Part shown: one piece after another, positions 51,201 to 61,354 of the stretch
How positions within the stretch are numbered: position 1 is the first letter of the stretch
Layout of the letters: the number at the start of each line of letters is the position of its first letter
Source of the DNA: an uncultured Nitrososphaerota archaeon
GTDB taxonomy: Archaea > Thermoproteota > Nitrososphaeria > Nitrososphaerales > Nitrosopumilaceae
Assembly (NCBI GenBank): GCA_963824385.1
Contig: CAWGPD010000003.1
Span: forward strand, 64,001 to 128,000
DNA: 64,000 nt
Direction: 5' to 3'
Notes under the pieces: generated by a model
What the model was told of the DNA's origin: nothing
Database searches by the model: none
What the model saw: the letters and a program-made list of their open reading frames with translations, nothing else
Program-made: the position numbers and the translations under genes

Positions 51201-52817
51201 GTGACATATGTGGACATTGTAATACTTCTAGTTGTACTAGCAGGTTCTCTTGGGTTGGCTGTAATTTTTGGCCGATACATGGCAAGGATGATTGTATATG
51301 AAAAACGTCCATTGGAAAAAACATTGGGTAGCATAGAGAACGGTTTCTACAGGATTATCGGTGTAGACAGATATGAGCAGATGACATGGAAACAATATAC
51401 TCTGGCACTAATAGTAACTAATGTCATAGCAGCTGGTTTTCTGTTGGGGGTACTACTATATCAAAACAATCTGCCACTTTCGCCAAAGCCTGGGTTATCA
51501 CTTGATCTTGCATTTAATACCGCTGCATCGTTTATTACAAATACTGATCTTCAACACTATGCTGGAGATCAACAACTATCAATCTTTTCACAGATGGTAG
51601 GATTAATCTTTATAATGTTTGTAGCGCCTGCCTCTGGAATGGCTGCGGCGTTTGCTTTTATCCGAGGTTTTATCAGAAAAGAATTTGGACTGGGAAATTT
51701 TTATGTTGATTTTACAAGAATAATTTTAACACTTTTACTACCAATTGCATTTTTCTCTGCATTGTTGTTACTTTTCTTGGGGGCTCCTCAGACATTAGAC
51801 CCAACAATTACAGTAGGCACACTCCAAGGAGGAAATCAAACAATTACAATTGGACCAGTCGCATCACTGGAATCAATAAAGGATCTTGGAAGTAATGGAG
51901 GTGGATTTTTCGGTGCAAATTCTGCACATCCGTTTGAAAATCCTACTGGTGTATCAAACGTCTTTGAGTGTATCCTTATGCTTGTAATACCATTTTCATT
52001 TCCAATAGCATATGGTCATCTGTTAGGCAAAGGAAGGGGTATCTCCATACTTGCCGCCATGTTAATTGGATTTGGTGTGATGCTTGCTCTAGGGTTATCA
52101 GAACAGAGCGGTCCATCGGGTCTTGAGACACGTTTTGGAAGCTTTGGAAGTACGCTCTTTATGGAATCATCAGTATCATCAAACACTGGATCTGCAAATG
52201 CATCTCTTACTGGAATGTCCCCCAATGCTGTAATTGGATTATTTTTGGGAATGTTTGTCCAGGCAATACCTGGTGCAGACGGTATGGGAATGATGATGAT
52301 GATTATCTTTGTTATTCTTACACTCTTTTTGGTTGGACTAATGGTAGGAAAGACTCCAGAATTTATGAGCATGAAGATAAGCCCAAGAGATATAAAAATT
52401 GCCGCCTTTGTATTTCTGATTCACCCTGCATTGATATTGGTTCCATCGGTATTGGCGTATACTACTGAGAATGCACAGAGTGTTCTTGGAGAACCAACAA
52501 CTCCTGCGACATTTACACAAGTTTTGTATGAATATAGCTCAGCTGCTGCAAACAATGGATCAGATTATCTTGGCACATCTGCAAACACAGCATTTTGGAA
52601 TTGGTCTACGATGGCAGTCATGTTACTTGGACGTTTTGTGCCAATAGCATTGATGTTGGCAATTGCAGGATCGTTTACCCTAAGAGATAGAAAAGAAGTT
52701 GTCGAGCCAATAAAAACTTCAGGTTTTCTTTTTGTTGGCATATTGTCAATCATGGTATTTATTTTAACTGCTCTTACTTTCTTTCCGTTCTTGGTTATGG
52801 GGCCATTTTCAATATAG
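51201..52817 (+). CDS. kdpA: K+-transporting ATPase subunit A
   Basis: SFITNTDLQHY, GSNGGGFFGANSAHPFENP, GKTPEF, SAAANNGS. Confidence 0.95.
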   Translation: MTYVDIVILLVVLAGSLGLAVIFGRYMARMIVYEKRPLEKTLGSIENGFYRIIGVDRYEQMTWKQYTLALIVTNVIAAGFLLGVLLYQNNLPLSPKPGLSLDLAFNTAASFITNTDLQHYAGDQQLSIFSQMVGLIFIMFVAPASGMAAAFAFIRGFIRKEFGLGNFYVDFTRIILTLLLPIAFFSALLLLFLGAPQTLDPTITVGTLQGGNQTITIGPVASLESIKDLGSNGGGFFGANSAHPFENPTGVSNVFECILMLVIPFSFPIAYGHLLGKGRGISILAAMLIGFGVMLALGLSEQSGPSGLETRFGSFGSTLFMESSVSSNTGSANASLTGMSPNAVIGLFLGMFVQAIPGADGMGMMMMIIFVILTLFLVGLMVGKTPEFMSMKISPRDIKIAAFVFLIHPALILVPSVLAYTTENAQSVLGEPTTPATFTQVLYEYSSAAANNGSDYLGTSANTAFWNWSTMAVMLLGRFVPIALMLAIAGSFTLRDRKEVVEPIKTSGFLFVGILSIMVFILTALTFFPFLVMGPFSI

Positions 52818-52829
52818 TGTGATGGAATC

Positions 52830-54947
52830 ATGGTAGCAAAATTTAGACAATCATTATTTGACAAAAGAATGCTCAAGGATTCAATAACAAAGCTAAGTCC
52901 GCTTTACCTTGCCAAAAAAAGTCCAGTAATGTTTACCGTTGAAGTTGGATTCTTTTTGCTACTTGCAATAGGTTTGTTGCCAAACATGTCATTGGAATAT
53001 GTAAATGAAAACCATGTCTTCTATATCGAGTCTGCAATAATTCTACTTACTACAGTTTGGTTTGCAACATTTTCTGAATCTTTATCAGAGTCACAAGCAA
53101 GGGCAAAGGTTGATTCACTAAAAAATTTAGAAAAGGAAGTTTTAGCAAAAAAACTTGTAGATGGCAAAGAGGTTTCTGTAAAATCAACAAGTCTTGTAGT
53201 GGGAGACAGAGTCAGAGTTTACGCAGGAGAGATAATTCCAAGGGATGGCATTGTTCATGAAGGAAAGGCATTTGTAGACGAATCCATGATGACTGGAGAA
53301 TCAAATCCAGTCTTTAAAGAAAAGGATAATCCTGTTCTTGGAGGAACCAAAGTAGCAAACGACAGTCTCATTATAGAAATAACTTCGGAAGCTGGTAAGA
53401 GTTTTCTTGATGAGATGGTTGGATTAATTGAGAGCGCAAAAAGACCCAAGACAAAAAATGAGATTGCTCTTACCATACTGCTTGCAGGATTATCATTAAT
53501 CTTCATAACTGTAGTTGGAACTATGCTGTTCTTTGGGCACTATCTCGGATATCACATGGACATCTCCGTACTTTTTGCATTACTAGTGGCTTTGATGCCA
53601 ACCACTATTGGAGCATTATTACCTGCCATAGGAGTTGCTGGAATTAACAGACTGGCAAGAGATAACATTGTAGTAAAATCTGGAAAGGGAATAGAGGCAG
53701 CAGGTGACTGTGATATACTCATCTTGGATAAAACTGGAACAATTACTGAAGGTGCAAGAAGAGCAATTGCATTTGTTCCAATGGAAAAATTTACAGAGCA
53801 GGATATTGTTGAAGCTGCATACGCAGCATCATTTAGTGATCACACTCATGAAGGAACATCAATTATTGAACTTGCAAATGAGAAAAAAATTGAACCGCCA
53901 TTTATGATGGAGATTATGACAGGAAAACCTGTCGAGTTTAGTTCAGAAACAAGAGTTAGTGGCATAGAGTTTTCACCAAAGAAAAAATTATCCACTACAC
54001 AGGATCAAACTCTAAAATCAACATTGCCACGTACTAGAGTTTCTGCCAGGGTGGAAGAACTAGAAGAATCCAATACGCCAGTGAAGATCCTAAAAGGATC
54101 AGTTGAGGCCATTCTTAAGATTGCTACAAATGTTAACGAGCCAGAATTACGTTGGAAGGCACAAGAAATATCCAAAAATGGTGGAACACCGCTTGCAGTT
54201 ACAGTAAATGATGAGATAATTGGTTTGATCTCACTTAAGGACACTCTTAAAAAAGACATTCGAGAAAAGTTGGATGAAGTTCATGTCGCTGGCATAACCA
54301 CTGTTATGATCACAGGTGACAATCTACTTACTGCACAGGTAATTGCAAAAGAGGCAAATATTGATCAAATTATTGCCGAAGCCAAACCAACTGACAAGCT
54401 AAACAGAGTTGTAGAAGAGCAGCTAAAAGGCCACGTTGTAGGCATGATTGGTGATGGAACTAATGATGCGCCAGCCCTTGCAAAAGCCGATGTGGGACTT
54501 GCCATGAACCGAGGCACTGCAGTTGCAAGAGAAGCTGCAAACATGGTAGACTTGGATTCTGACCCTTCAAAGATTCTCAATGTTGTAAAGCTTGGCAAGC
54601 AGTTACTAATGACACGTGGTGCAATTACCACATTTTCAATTGCAAACGATGTTGCAAAATACTTTGCAATCCTTCCAGCAATGTTCATGAAGAGCAATCC
54701 AAAAATGGAGTTGCTAAATGTAATGCATCTTCACAGTCCTGAAAGTGCAGTACTAGCCACATTGATATTTAATGCAATAGTAATTCCAATGTTAATTCCG
54801 TTATCACTCAAGGGTGTAAAATACAAGCCAGAACTTCCAGAAAAGACATTTGTCAAGAACATGATGTTATATGGACTTGGAGGAGTTGTCTTTCCATTTG
54901 CAGGAATTAAAGCAATTGACCTACTACTGTCAGTGTTTATGAGATGA
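52830..54947 (+). CDS. kdpB: K+-transporting ATPase subunit B
   Basis: TGES, PTTIG, DKTGT, TGDN, GDGTNDAPAL. Confidence 0.96.
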   Translation: MVAKFRQSLFDKRMLKDSITKLSPLYLAKKSPVMFTVEVGFFLLLAIGLLPNMSLEYVNENHVFYIESAIILLTTVWFATFSESLSESQARAKVDSLKNLEKEVLAKKLVDGKEVSVKSTSLVVGDRVRVYAGEIIPRDGIVHEGKAFVDESMMTGESNPVFKEKDNPVLGGTKVANDSLIIEITSEAGKSFLDEMVGLIESAKRPKTKNEIALTILLAGLSLIFITVVGTMLFFGHYLGYHMDISVLFALLVALMPTTIGALLPAIGVAGINRLARDNIVVKSGKGIEAAGDCDILILDKTGTITEGARRAIAFVPMEKFTEQDIVEAAYAASFSDHTHEGTSIIELANEKKIEPPFMMEIMTGKPVEFSSETRVSGIEFSPKKKLSTTQDQTLKSTLPRTRVSARVEELEESNTPVKILKGSVEAILKIATNVNEPELRWKAQEISKNGGTPLAVTVNDEIIGLISLKDTLKKDIREKLDEVHVAGITTVMITGDNLLTAQVIAKEANIDQIIAEAKPTDKLNRVVEEQLKGHVVGMIGDGTNDAPALAKADVGLAMNRGTAVAREAANMVDLDSDPSKILNVVKLGKQLLMTRGAITTFSIANDVAKYFAILPAMFMKSNPKMELLNVMHLHSPESAVLATLIFNAIVIPMLIPLSLKGVKYKPELPEKTFVKNMMLYGLGGVVFPFAGIKAIDLLLSVFMR

Positions 54948-54952
54948 TATAG

Positions 54953-55435
54953 ATGAGAACAATTAAGAGCAAAGTATTTTCGCCCGCCATAAGAATAGTG
55001 GTACTTATGATTATTACTACAGGGGTTACATACCCATTGGTTATTACAGCGATAGGTCAGACTGCCCTTCCATACCAATCTAATGGAAGTCAGGTTGTTC
55101 TAAACGGCAAAGTAGTTGGTTCAGAACTTATTGCACAAAATTTCACCTCTGCAAAATTCTTTCAACCAAGAAATTCAACTGATTCAGGATCAGGTGTAGA
55201 CCCAGATATTACTCTCAAGATGGCAATATCGCAAATACCTGTCATAAGTACTGCAACTGGAATTCCTGTAAATGCTTTGAAGACTCTAGTTGAGCTAAAC
55301 ATTGCAGGAAACAGGGAAACAAATGCTCTAGTCTTTGCACCGGATTACGTCAATGTATTAAATATCAACGTGGAGCTAGTAAAGCAATATCCCGATGTAT
55401 ATGCACAAGAAGTTTCTGTAAAGGGGGGAACTTGA
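54953..55435 (+). CDS. kdpC: K+-transporting ATPase subunit C
   Basis: YPL, SNGS, GSELIAQNF, SGSGVDPDI, VNVL.IN. Confidence 0.92.
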   Translation: MRTIKSKVFSPAIRIVVLMIITTGVTYPLVITAIGQTALPYQSNGSQVVLNGKVVGSELIAQNFTSAKFFQPRNSTDSGSGVDPDITLKMAISQIPVISTATGIPVNALKTLVELNIAGNRETNALVFAPDYVNVLNINVELVKQYPDVYAQEVSVKGGT

Positions 55436-55436
55436 T

Positions 55437-55523
55437 ATGCATGAAATATTGATAGCATTTGTCATATCTCTTGCCATCTCTGGAGGAGTATTGATGTATT
55501 CCTTGTTAAGAGCTGAGAAATGA
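55437..55523 (+). CDS. kdpF: KdpF small subunit (28 aa, not in ORF track)
   Basis: MHEILIAFVISLAISGGVLMYSLLRAEK*; starts 1 nt after the kdpC stop; YSLLRAEK matches the KdpF tail. Confidence 0.75.
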   Translation: MHEILIAFVISLAISGGVLMYSLLRAEK

Positions 55524-55542
55524 TCATTGTAGTAATTTCAAT

Positions 55543-55821
55543 ATGGCACTAGTCGAATTGTATGAAAAAGCAGTCAAAGGACAATGGTATGACTCACGAA
55601 ATAAGAGGACTGTAGAAGTCTTTGTAGTTACATATGAAATGACACAAAAACCTAGTCGAGAGAAGATTCTGATAATGGAAATTTTGACAGATTTTTCAGA
55701 TGCTGGAAGTTTTGATTATTCCGATGATGAGAAATTACCATATGAGAAAGGCATGCCTGTTTATCCACAAATACAAGTTGGTAGTGTAAACAAAAGAGAG
55801 ATCCTAAGTAAAGATATTTGA
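55543..55821 (+). CDS. Hypothetical protein
   Basis: 92-aa ORF following kdp. Confidence 0.55.
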   Translation: MALVELYEKAVKGQWYDSRNKRTVEVFVVTYEMTQKPSREKILIMEILTDFSDAGSFDYSDDEKLPYEKGMPVYPQIQVGSVNKREILSKDI

Positions 55822-55923
55822 AAATATTAGTATACTATTCAGCACTATATGTGATACCAAGTAAGAATTAACTACTTGATTTAATATTGTATTTTCATAA
55901 ACTCTCCAAAAATAAATCCTAAT

Positions 55924-56244
55924 ATGATAAAATGTGATGTATCAGACATCTGGAAAGTTCTTGGTAAAGCATGGTCGCTTTTGATCCTAAAGAATCTAAG
56001 CACAAAAGAAACTGTACGATTTAACGAGTTAAAGAAGTTACTTCCTGAAATAAGCAATACTGTTTTAGCAGATAGGTTACGGGAGTTGGAATCTGAAAAA
56101 CTAATTGTAAAAAAGATCTATGCTCAAGTGCCATTAAAAGTAGAATATAGTTTGACCAAGGATGCAAAGGATCTTGAAATAGTACTAGAAGAATTGGAAC
56201 GATGGATTAAAAAAAGAGAATCTGCTACAAGGAACAAAAAATAG
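55924..56244 (+). CDS. HxlR/DUF24 wHTH regulator
   Basis: N-terminal Cys, W..LIL..L, RFNEL, P.KVEYSLT. Confidence 0.9.
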   Translation: MIKCDVSDIWKVLGKAWSLLILKNLSTKETVRFNELKKLLPEISNTVLADRLRELESEKLIVKKIYAQVPLKVEYSLTKDAKDLEIVLEELERWIKKRESATRNKK

Positions 56245-56264
56245 TCAAGGTTTTTGACGTACTT

Positions 56265-56981
56265 TTATTGATTGTATTTTTCTGGAAGATCAATCAGTAT
56301 TAATTCTGTTGTTTTTTTAGCCTCTATAGAAATTGTATTTGTATTTTCAATTTTTGCTGCATCTTGTGTTTCCATAATCTTATCGTTCATGGATATTTTA
56401 CCATCAATTACAAACAAGTATGCTTTTCTTCCTGAATCTAGGTTGTGTTCCACTTTATTTCCAGAATCTAAACTTGAGAGATAAAACAAGGCATTTTGGT
56501 GTATTGAAAGTTCAGAACCTGAATTATTCATTGGTCCTATGACTTGAAGTAGCTTGTTTTTTCTATCTTCTAGAGAGTATTTCTTTTGTTGCCATGATGG
56601 GCGAAGTCCCTTCCTATCTGGGAAAACCCACATCTGTAACAATCGTAATGGATTTGTTTTAGACGCATTGTGTTCTGAATGGACAACTCCAGTTCCTGCA
56701 GTCATTCTCTGCATTTCTCCTGCCCCGATTATCCCATCATTTCCTAGATTGTCTCTATGACGTAGTGCGCCATCAATAACATAAGTTACAATTTCCATGT
56801 CCTTATGTTGATGAAATTCAAACCCTGTACCTAGTTTTATCAGATCGTCATTAAATACTCGTAATGGACCATAATCGTGCTTTTCTGGGTTGTAGTATTC
56901 CCCAAATGAGAAATGGTGATATGTTGTAAGCCAGTCTATCTCATTTTTGTAATGTTCATTTGCTTTGATTAATTCTTGCAT
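56265..56981 (-). CDS. Pirin/YhhW-family cupin
   Basis: HQHKDMEIVTYV, HRD..GN, MTAGTGVVHSE. Confidence 0.92.
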   Translation of the reverse strand: MQELIKANEHYKNEIDWLTTYHHFSFGEYYNPEKHDYGPLRVFNDDLIKLGTGFEFHQHKDMEIVTYVIDGALRHRDNLGNDGIIGAGEMQRMTAGTGVVHSEHNASKTNPLRLLQMWVFPDRKGLRPSWQQKKYSLEDRKNKLLQVIGPMNNSGSELSIHQNALFYLSSLDSGNKVEHNLDSGRKAYLFVIDGKISMNDKIMETQDAAKIENTNTISIEAKKTTELILIDLPEKYNQ

Positions 56982-57088
56982 GTTATGTATACGTCAATAT
57001 TATATTTAAATTAAGTAGTAATTTATTACTTAGTTGTTATTAATAACCTAACTAGGTAAGTATGAACTTATCTGATATTTATTATATA

Positions 57089-57481
57089 CTATAAATCGTT
57101 CTTGTCGATAATTCTTTTTGGGATGTAATTTTCTATATCTGTACTGAAAATTCTAATGTTTGCAAATGTCTTTAGTATGGATTTTGCAATTAAACCCATT
57201 GCACTTTTTGCAAAATCTGATTTTCTAAGACTCTCATCTGAAAAAATACTTAAAGTAGATCTCTCCTGCATTGAAATTATCTCAATCATGAACTCTTGAT
57301 TGTTTTTATCAGATGTAACTGGAATTAGTGCTCGTTTTTTCTTCTTGTCAAGGAAGATATCATCTATTTTAATCGGAAATGGTCTCTCTTGTATTATATC
57401 TTGAAATCTTGATGAAAATTCCTCAAGGTTAATTCCATTGTCAAAAATAACATGTGGCATAGCCTCCCTTGAATTTGTCAT
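57089..57481 (-). CDS. Hypothetical protein
   Basis: 130-aa ORF. Confidence 0.6.
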   Translation of the reverse strand: MTNSREAMPHVIFDNGINLEEFSSRFQDIIQERPFPIKIDDIFLDKKKKRALIPVTSDKNNQEFMIEIISMQERSTLSIFSDESLRKSDFAKSAMGLIAKSILKTFANIRIFSTDIENYIPKRIIDKNDL

Positions 57482-57711
57482 TTAAACAATCTAGTTATTC
57501 TAATTTGGTATATTAGAAATTTGTACAAGTTCCTACGGTTTTTTTGATGTAGTCTTGACAAATTCTAATTCTAGATAACTAGAATCATGATTTTGAAAAT
57601 ATTGGTATTTTGTTCAACATTTTACCAAATTATTATGACATGGTATTGTCTAAAAATGATATGACAAAACTTGAAAAAGAGATAAAATAGAGTATTGCCA
57701 ATGCGTTTTAC

Positions 57712-58068
57712 ATGCAAGGCACAAACGCACTTGATAACTATGACGCAAATAAAGCCAACAAATCCCTTAAAATGTTACTCAATGACAAGAGTAATGAATT
57801 TCGGGAGCTTGCAAATGGTATTGGGTATCCAACATCGAACAAGGATTGGGAATTAATAATTTTGAACTTTTGTCTTGATTTTAGTGATTGCTTCAAGGCC
57901 TGGTCAAGTAAGGATATAGACGCAGATCACATGCAAGTTCACAAATGTAATACCATGATGAGACAGATAGGTATTGGCAAGTCCAACATGACTGAAGTTA
58001 CACATCTTGAAAATACTGCATACAGGATTGCAGAAGATTTTAAAGCAATTTACAAGAGAATAGAATAA
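57712..58068 (+). CDS. Hypothetical protein
   Basis: 118-aa ORF with TATA-like element upstream. Confidence 0.7.
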   Translation: MQGTNALDNYDANKANKSLKMLLNDKSNEFRELANGIGYPTSNKDWELIILNFCLDFSDCFKAWSSKDIDADHMQVHKCNTMMRQIGIGKSNMTEVTHLENTAYRIAEDFKAIYKRIE

Positions 58069-58153
58069 TTCTTAAAAAATCTATCTGAATCTACAGATAT
58101 AAATTTCACCTGACATGGCTTAATCTAAATAGTGTGATGAGATATAATATGAA

Positions 58154-58357
58154 ATGAAAAGAAAGGTCTCTGATGCAGAATTTGTAAATGAGTCAGTCGA
58201 GTTCTTCAATGAGCGAATTGATGAAATAATTGCTCAACTTCGTAAATCTACTCTAAGCACACAACAAAAGACCGTACTAGAAAATGAAAAACAACTAGTC
58301 ATAGACAGAAGAAACTATTGGAAGCTTGAACAGACTAAATTACAATTATGTGACTAG
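58154..58357 (+). CDS. Small coiled-coil hypothetical protein
   Basis: 67 aa, helical heptad pattern. Confidence 0.55.
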   Translation: MKRKVSDAEFVNESVEFFNERIDEIIAQLRKSTLSTQQKTVLENEKQLVIDRRNYWKLEQTKLQLCD

Positions 58358-58567
58358 ATCTCTTTTAGATACTAGTAAATTTTCTCCAGTTTAAGATATG
58401 CTAATCGGAGCCAGTTTAATAGGGACGGTGACGTAATAGTATTTGGAGAATTAGCACATGACATATAATGTCGCTAAAAAGTATTTTCTGAATTATCCCT
58501 CAGTGTATAGAGTAGAGTTTGTCAAACTTGTTGACATGTTTGATATCACAACTGGTAGTGATGTAAT

Positions 58568-58687
58568 TTGCAAATAATTACACTAAAAAAATCAAAAATT
58601 TGTAAAAAATGCAAGATAGAATTTGAGGAAGAAAATGGTTATCCAATATGCAACTATTGTCTAAAGTTACTGGATAATTGGGAGTAG
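58568..58687 (+). CDS. 39-aa Zn-finger microprotein (TTG start)
   Basis: CKKC...CNYC. Confidence 0.45.
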   Translation: MQIITLKKSKICKKCKIEFEEENGYPICNYCLKLLDNWE

Positions 58688-58691
58688 TAAA

Positions 58692-58850
58692 ATGTCTCTC
58701 CAAAGCGTTGTTCCAAAAGAGATCAATGAACACCTCCGCCTTTATCTAAAAGAACCATGGGAGATACAATTTCTTGAAGAGTGTGATTTGTGTGGGAGAA
58801 AACTTGACGAATTTGGAATGTGTGGATGTGATACAGGTGGAGGAGATTAA
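58692..58850 (+). CDS. 52-aa Cys-rich microprotein
   Basis: MSLQSVVP...CDLCGRKLDEFGMCGCDTGGGD*. Confidence 0.65.
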   Translation: MSLQSVVPKEINEHLRLYLKEPWEIQFLEECDLCGRKLDEFGMCGCDTGGGD

Positions 58851-59071
58851 AAGTGGAATCTGACTCAAATCATAAAATGCCTGAAAAAGAATCACCAAGA
58901 TATAGTAAAGGTATTTGTTGGTTTTGCCAAAACCACTGCAAAAATTCAGGTTATGCTCATGAAGCATGCATAATAGATTATTTTATAAAACCAAAACCGC
59001 GCCAACTAGTTGCAGCATAGCAAACCAATACTGAAAAAAATGCTTAATGGGTGGGAAGCAGTATAGATACT

Positions 59072-59554
59072 ATGGGGTTGGTGTTTGAAGATCACCACAG
59101 AGATGAACCACACAAGAAAGTAGGCATGACAGACGAAATCATTGTGGATGTATTTGAGGGAATTATCCGAACTAAGCACATTACCATGGAAAATGTCATG
59201 ACGCGCGATGTTATAACATTAGACCATACAAAAACAGCACATGATGCAGCTATGACAATGATGGAAAAAAAGATTGGAAGTGTCATTATAACAGCATATA
59301 GAAAACCCTTTGGCATAGTTACAGAAAGAGACTTGGCGCGTCTAGTAGCATTTCTAGATATGCCTGCCAGGAGCCTAATGCTGAGTTTTCTTGCGTCAAG
59401 ACCACTAATTTATGCAAGTACAACTCTAACAATTCAAGAAGCATCTGATATCATGGGAATGCACAACATTGATCACCTTCCAATATTGGATAAAGGCCAG
59501 ATTGTTGGAATGGTTACCACAAGAGATCTAGCAAAGTATTTGCTTTGTGCTTAA
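59072..59554 (+). CDS. CBS-domain protein copy 2
   Basis: Two CBS repeats (GIVTERDL, GMVTTRDL). Confidence 0.9.
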   Translation: MGLVFEDHHRDEPHKKVGMTDEIIVDVFEGIIRTKHITMENVMTRDVITLDHTKTAHDAAMTMMEKKIGSVIITAYRKPFGIVTERDLARLVAFLDMPARSLMLSFLASRPLIYASTTLTIQEASDIMGMHNIDHLPILDKGQIVGMVTTRDLAKYLLCA

Positions 59555-59726
59555 AAATTCTGTTTGCAATGACATGAAAAAACAAAGCAACAAGTTCTAA
59601 AAAGGCTCAGACTCTAGTCTTACAGAACTCGAATCCTCCTAACATAGATGCAACACGAGTCTAAAATTGTTCCAAGTTAGTAGATGCATGTCCTGTCCGG
59701 TCAATCCTTTTTTGAATTAGGAAATT

Positions 59727-61253
59727 CTATTTTTGTGGAAGTGTTATTGTAAAAACAGTAGGAGGCGATTTGACCGATATAGTTCCACCATGGGATTCTA
59801 CTATGGCGCGAACACTGGAAAGACCTAAACCAGTACCAGTTTGTTTGGTGGTAAACAATGGCTCAAATATTTTATTGATATTTTCTTTTGATATTCCATC
59901 CCCCGAATCCTCAAATTCTATGGTCAGATTATTTTTTTCACTCTTATTACGTATTGTTACAATTCCTTTGTTTTTTCCTATTTCCTCGATTGCATTTAAC
60001 AAAATATTGGTAAATACAACTGATAACTGAATTTTATCTGCCATGAGAGAAAAGTCATTTTCTGGCAGTGTGATAGTGATGTTTTCTGGTATGTGTATGC
60101 TTTTAATAGAATCACCTAAAATATTGGAAATTGAGACTAGTTTTTTGTCTAAGGGTATTGTTTTAACAAATCCTAGTACTTGGTTAATCTGATGATTAAT
60201 TCTAGATACTGCGTCATTAATTATTGGAAGATATTCATCAAGTTTTGGGTCAGATTTGTTATTAATCCGCATCTCCATTCCTTCAACTGATAATCTGATT
60301 ACGCTTAATGGGTTTCGGAGGTCATGTGAAAGTCTTGCAGTAAGCTCACCTATTACAGATAGTTTTTCTTTTTTTATCACTTCATTTTGTGTTTGGATGA
60401 TGATTTTAGTTTGATTTTTTGTCTTGTCAAATAAGAGTATGACAAATAATATTGAAATTCCAATTAAGGCAATCAGCGTTGGAAAAACTAAATCAAGAAA
60501 ATAATAGAGCGTCTTTGCAGATTTTGCAGTATTAACTAGAATATCTTTGGAATATTCTGTGGTGTGCTTTTCTCCGATCTCCACATCTGCTCCTCTAATT
60601 CCATCATTTACAAAATAGTCATCCCAGTATTTAGAAAAAGAAACCATGGTTCCAGTTACAGGTTCAACTGAGATTGTACAACCTCCATCAGACAATATTT
60701 TTTTAGATAAAAACTCTGGATGGTCTGAAGATACATCAACCCCACTATATTTACACGAGAAATCATATACGTCAAGACCGTTAACGTTGTCTTCTTTCTC
60801 AAAAACAAAAGGAGTTTCGGAAAATATCATTGGATGGAAAAAATCATAATCTATTTTTTGAACATTGGGAGGAAAGGTGAAATATCCATTCATTGACTGA
60901 TGCTTTTCAGTTGTCCTGTCAACAAAAAATGTATGAGTGTCATCAAAGACGATTTTATTTGTCATAGGATCTCTTCCCAGTATGGTAGAATTGATCTCTA
61001 AAATATTACCAGTTACATTGATCACGTTTTCTCTCAGAGTCTCCCTTATCCCAAATGGTTCAGACAGGTTTCCACCTAATGAACTCAATACTTGGTCTTG
61101 TCCTTCCTGTTCTGCAATATATTCATAATTTAACGGGATTTTTTTTATTTCGTTAACAAATAAGCCGTATATGATCATGACGGAAATAATAGCTAAAAAC
61201 CCTATGACTAATTTTATCTTAAAATTCATCAAAAGTGTAGTGTATAATACCAC
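59727..61253 (-). CDS. Sensor histidine kinase with DUF3068-like extracellular domain (copy 2)
   Basis: EQEGQDQV, VEPVTG ectodomain; SHDLRNPL; GTGLGL. Confidence 0.88.
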   Translation of the reverse strand: MVLYTTLLMNFKIKLVIGFLAIISVMIIYGLFVNEIKKIPLNYEYIAEQEGQDQVLSSLGGNLSEPFGIRETLRENVINVTGNILEINSTILGRDPMTNKIVFDDTHTFFVDRTTEKHQSMNGYFTFPPNVQKIDYDFFHPMIFSETPFVFEKEDNVNGLDVYDFSCKYSGVDVSSDHPEFLSKKILSDGGCTISVEPVTGTMVSFSKYWDDYFVNDGIRGADVEIGEKHTTEYSKDILVNTAKSAKTLYYFLDLVFPTLIALIGISILFVILLFDKTKNQTKIIIQTQNEVIKKEKLSVIGELTARLSHDLRNPLSVIRLSVEGMEMRINNKSDPKLDEYLPIINDAVSRINHQINQVLGFVKTIPLDKKLVSISNILGDSIKSIHIPENITITLPENDFSLMADKIQLSVVFTNILLNAIEEIGKNKGIVTIRNKSEKNNLTIEFEDSGDGISKENINKIFEPLFTTKQTGTGLGLSSVRAIVESHGGTISVKSPPTVFTITLPQK

Positions 61254-61354
61254 ATATTAAGAAATTAATTTTTTAAGAGAATTATATTTGAAATCAAATC
61301 TTCCTGAACACTGTTTTACCGAATCTTTTTAAATAAACCCTGTCTTGGAATTAT

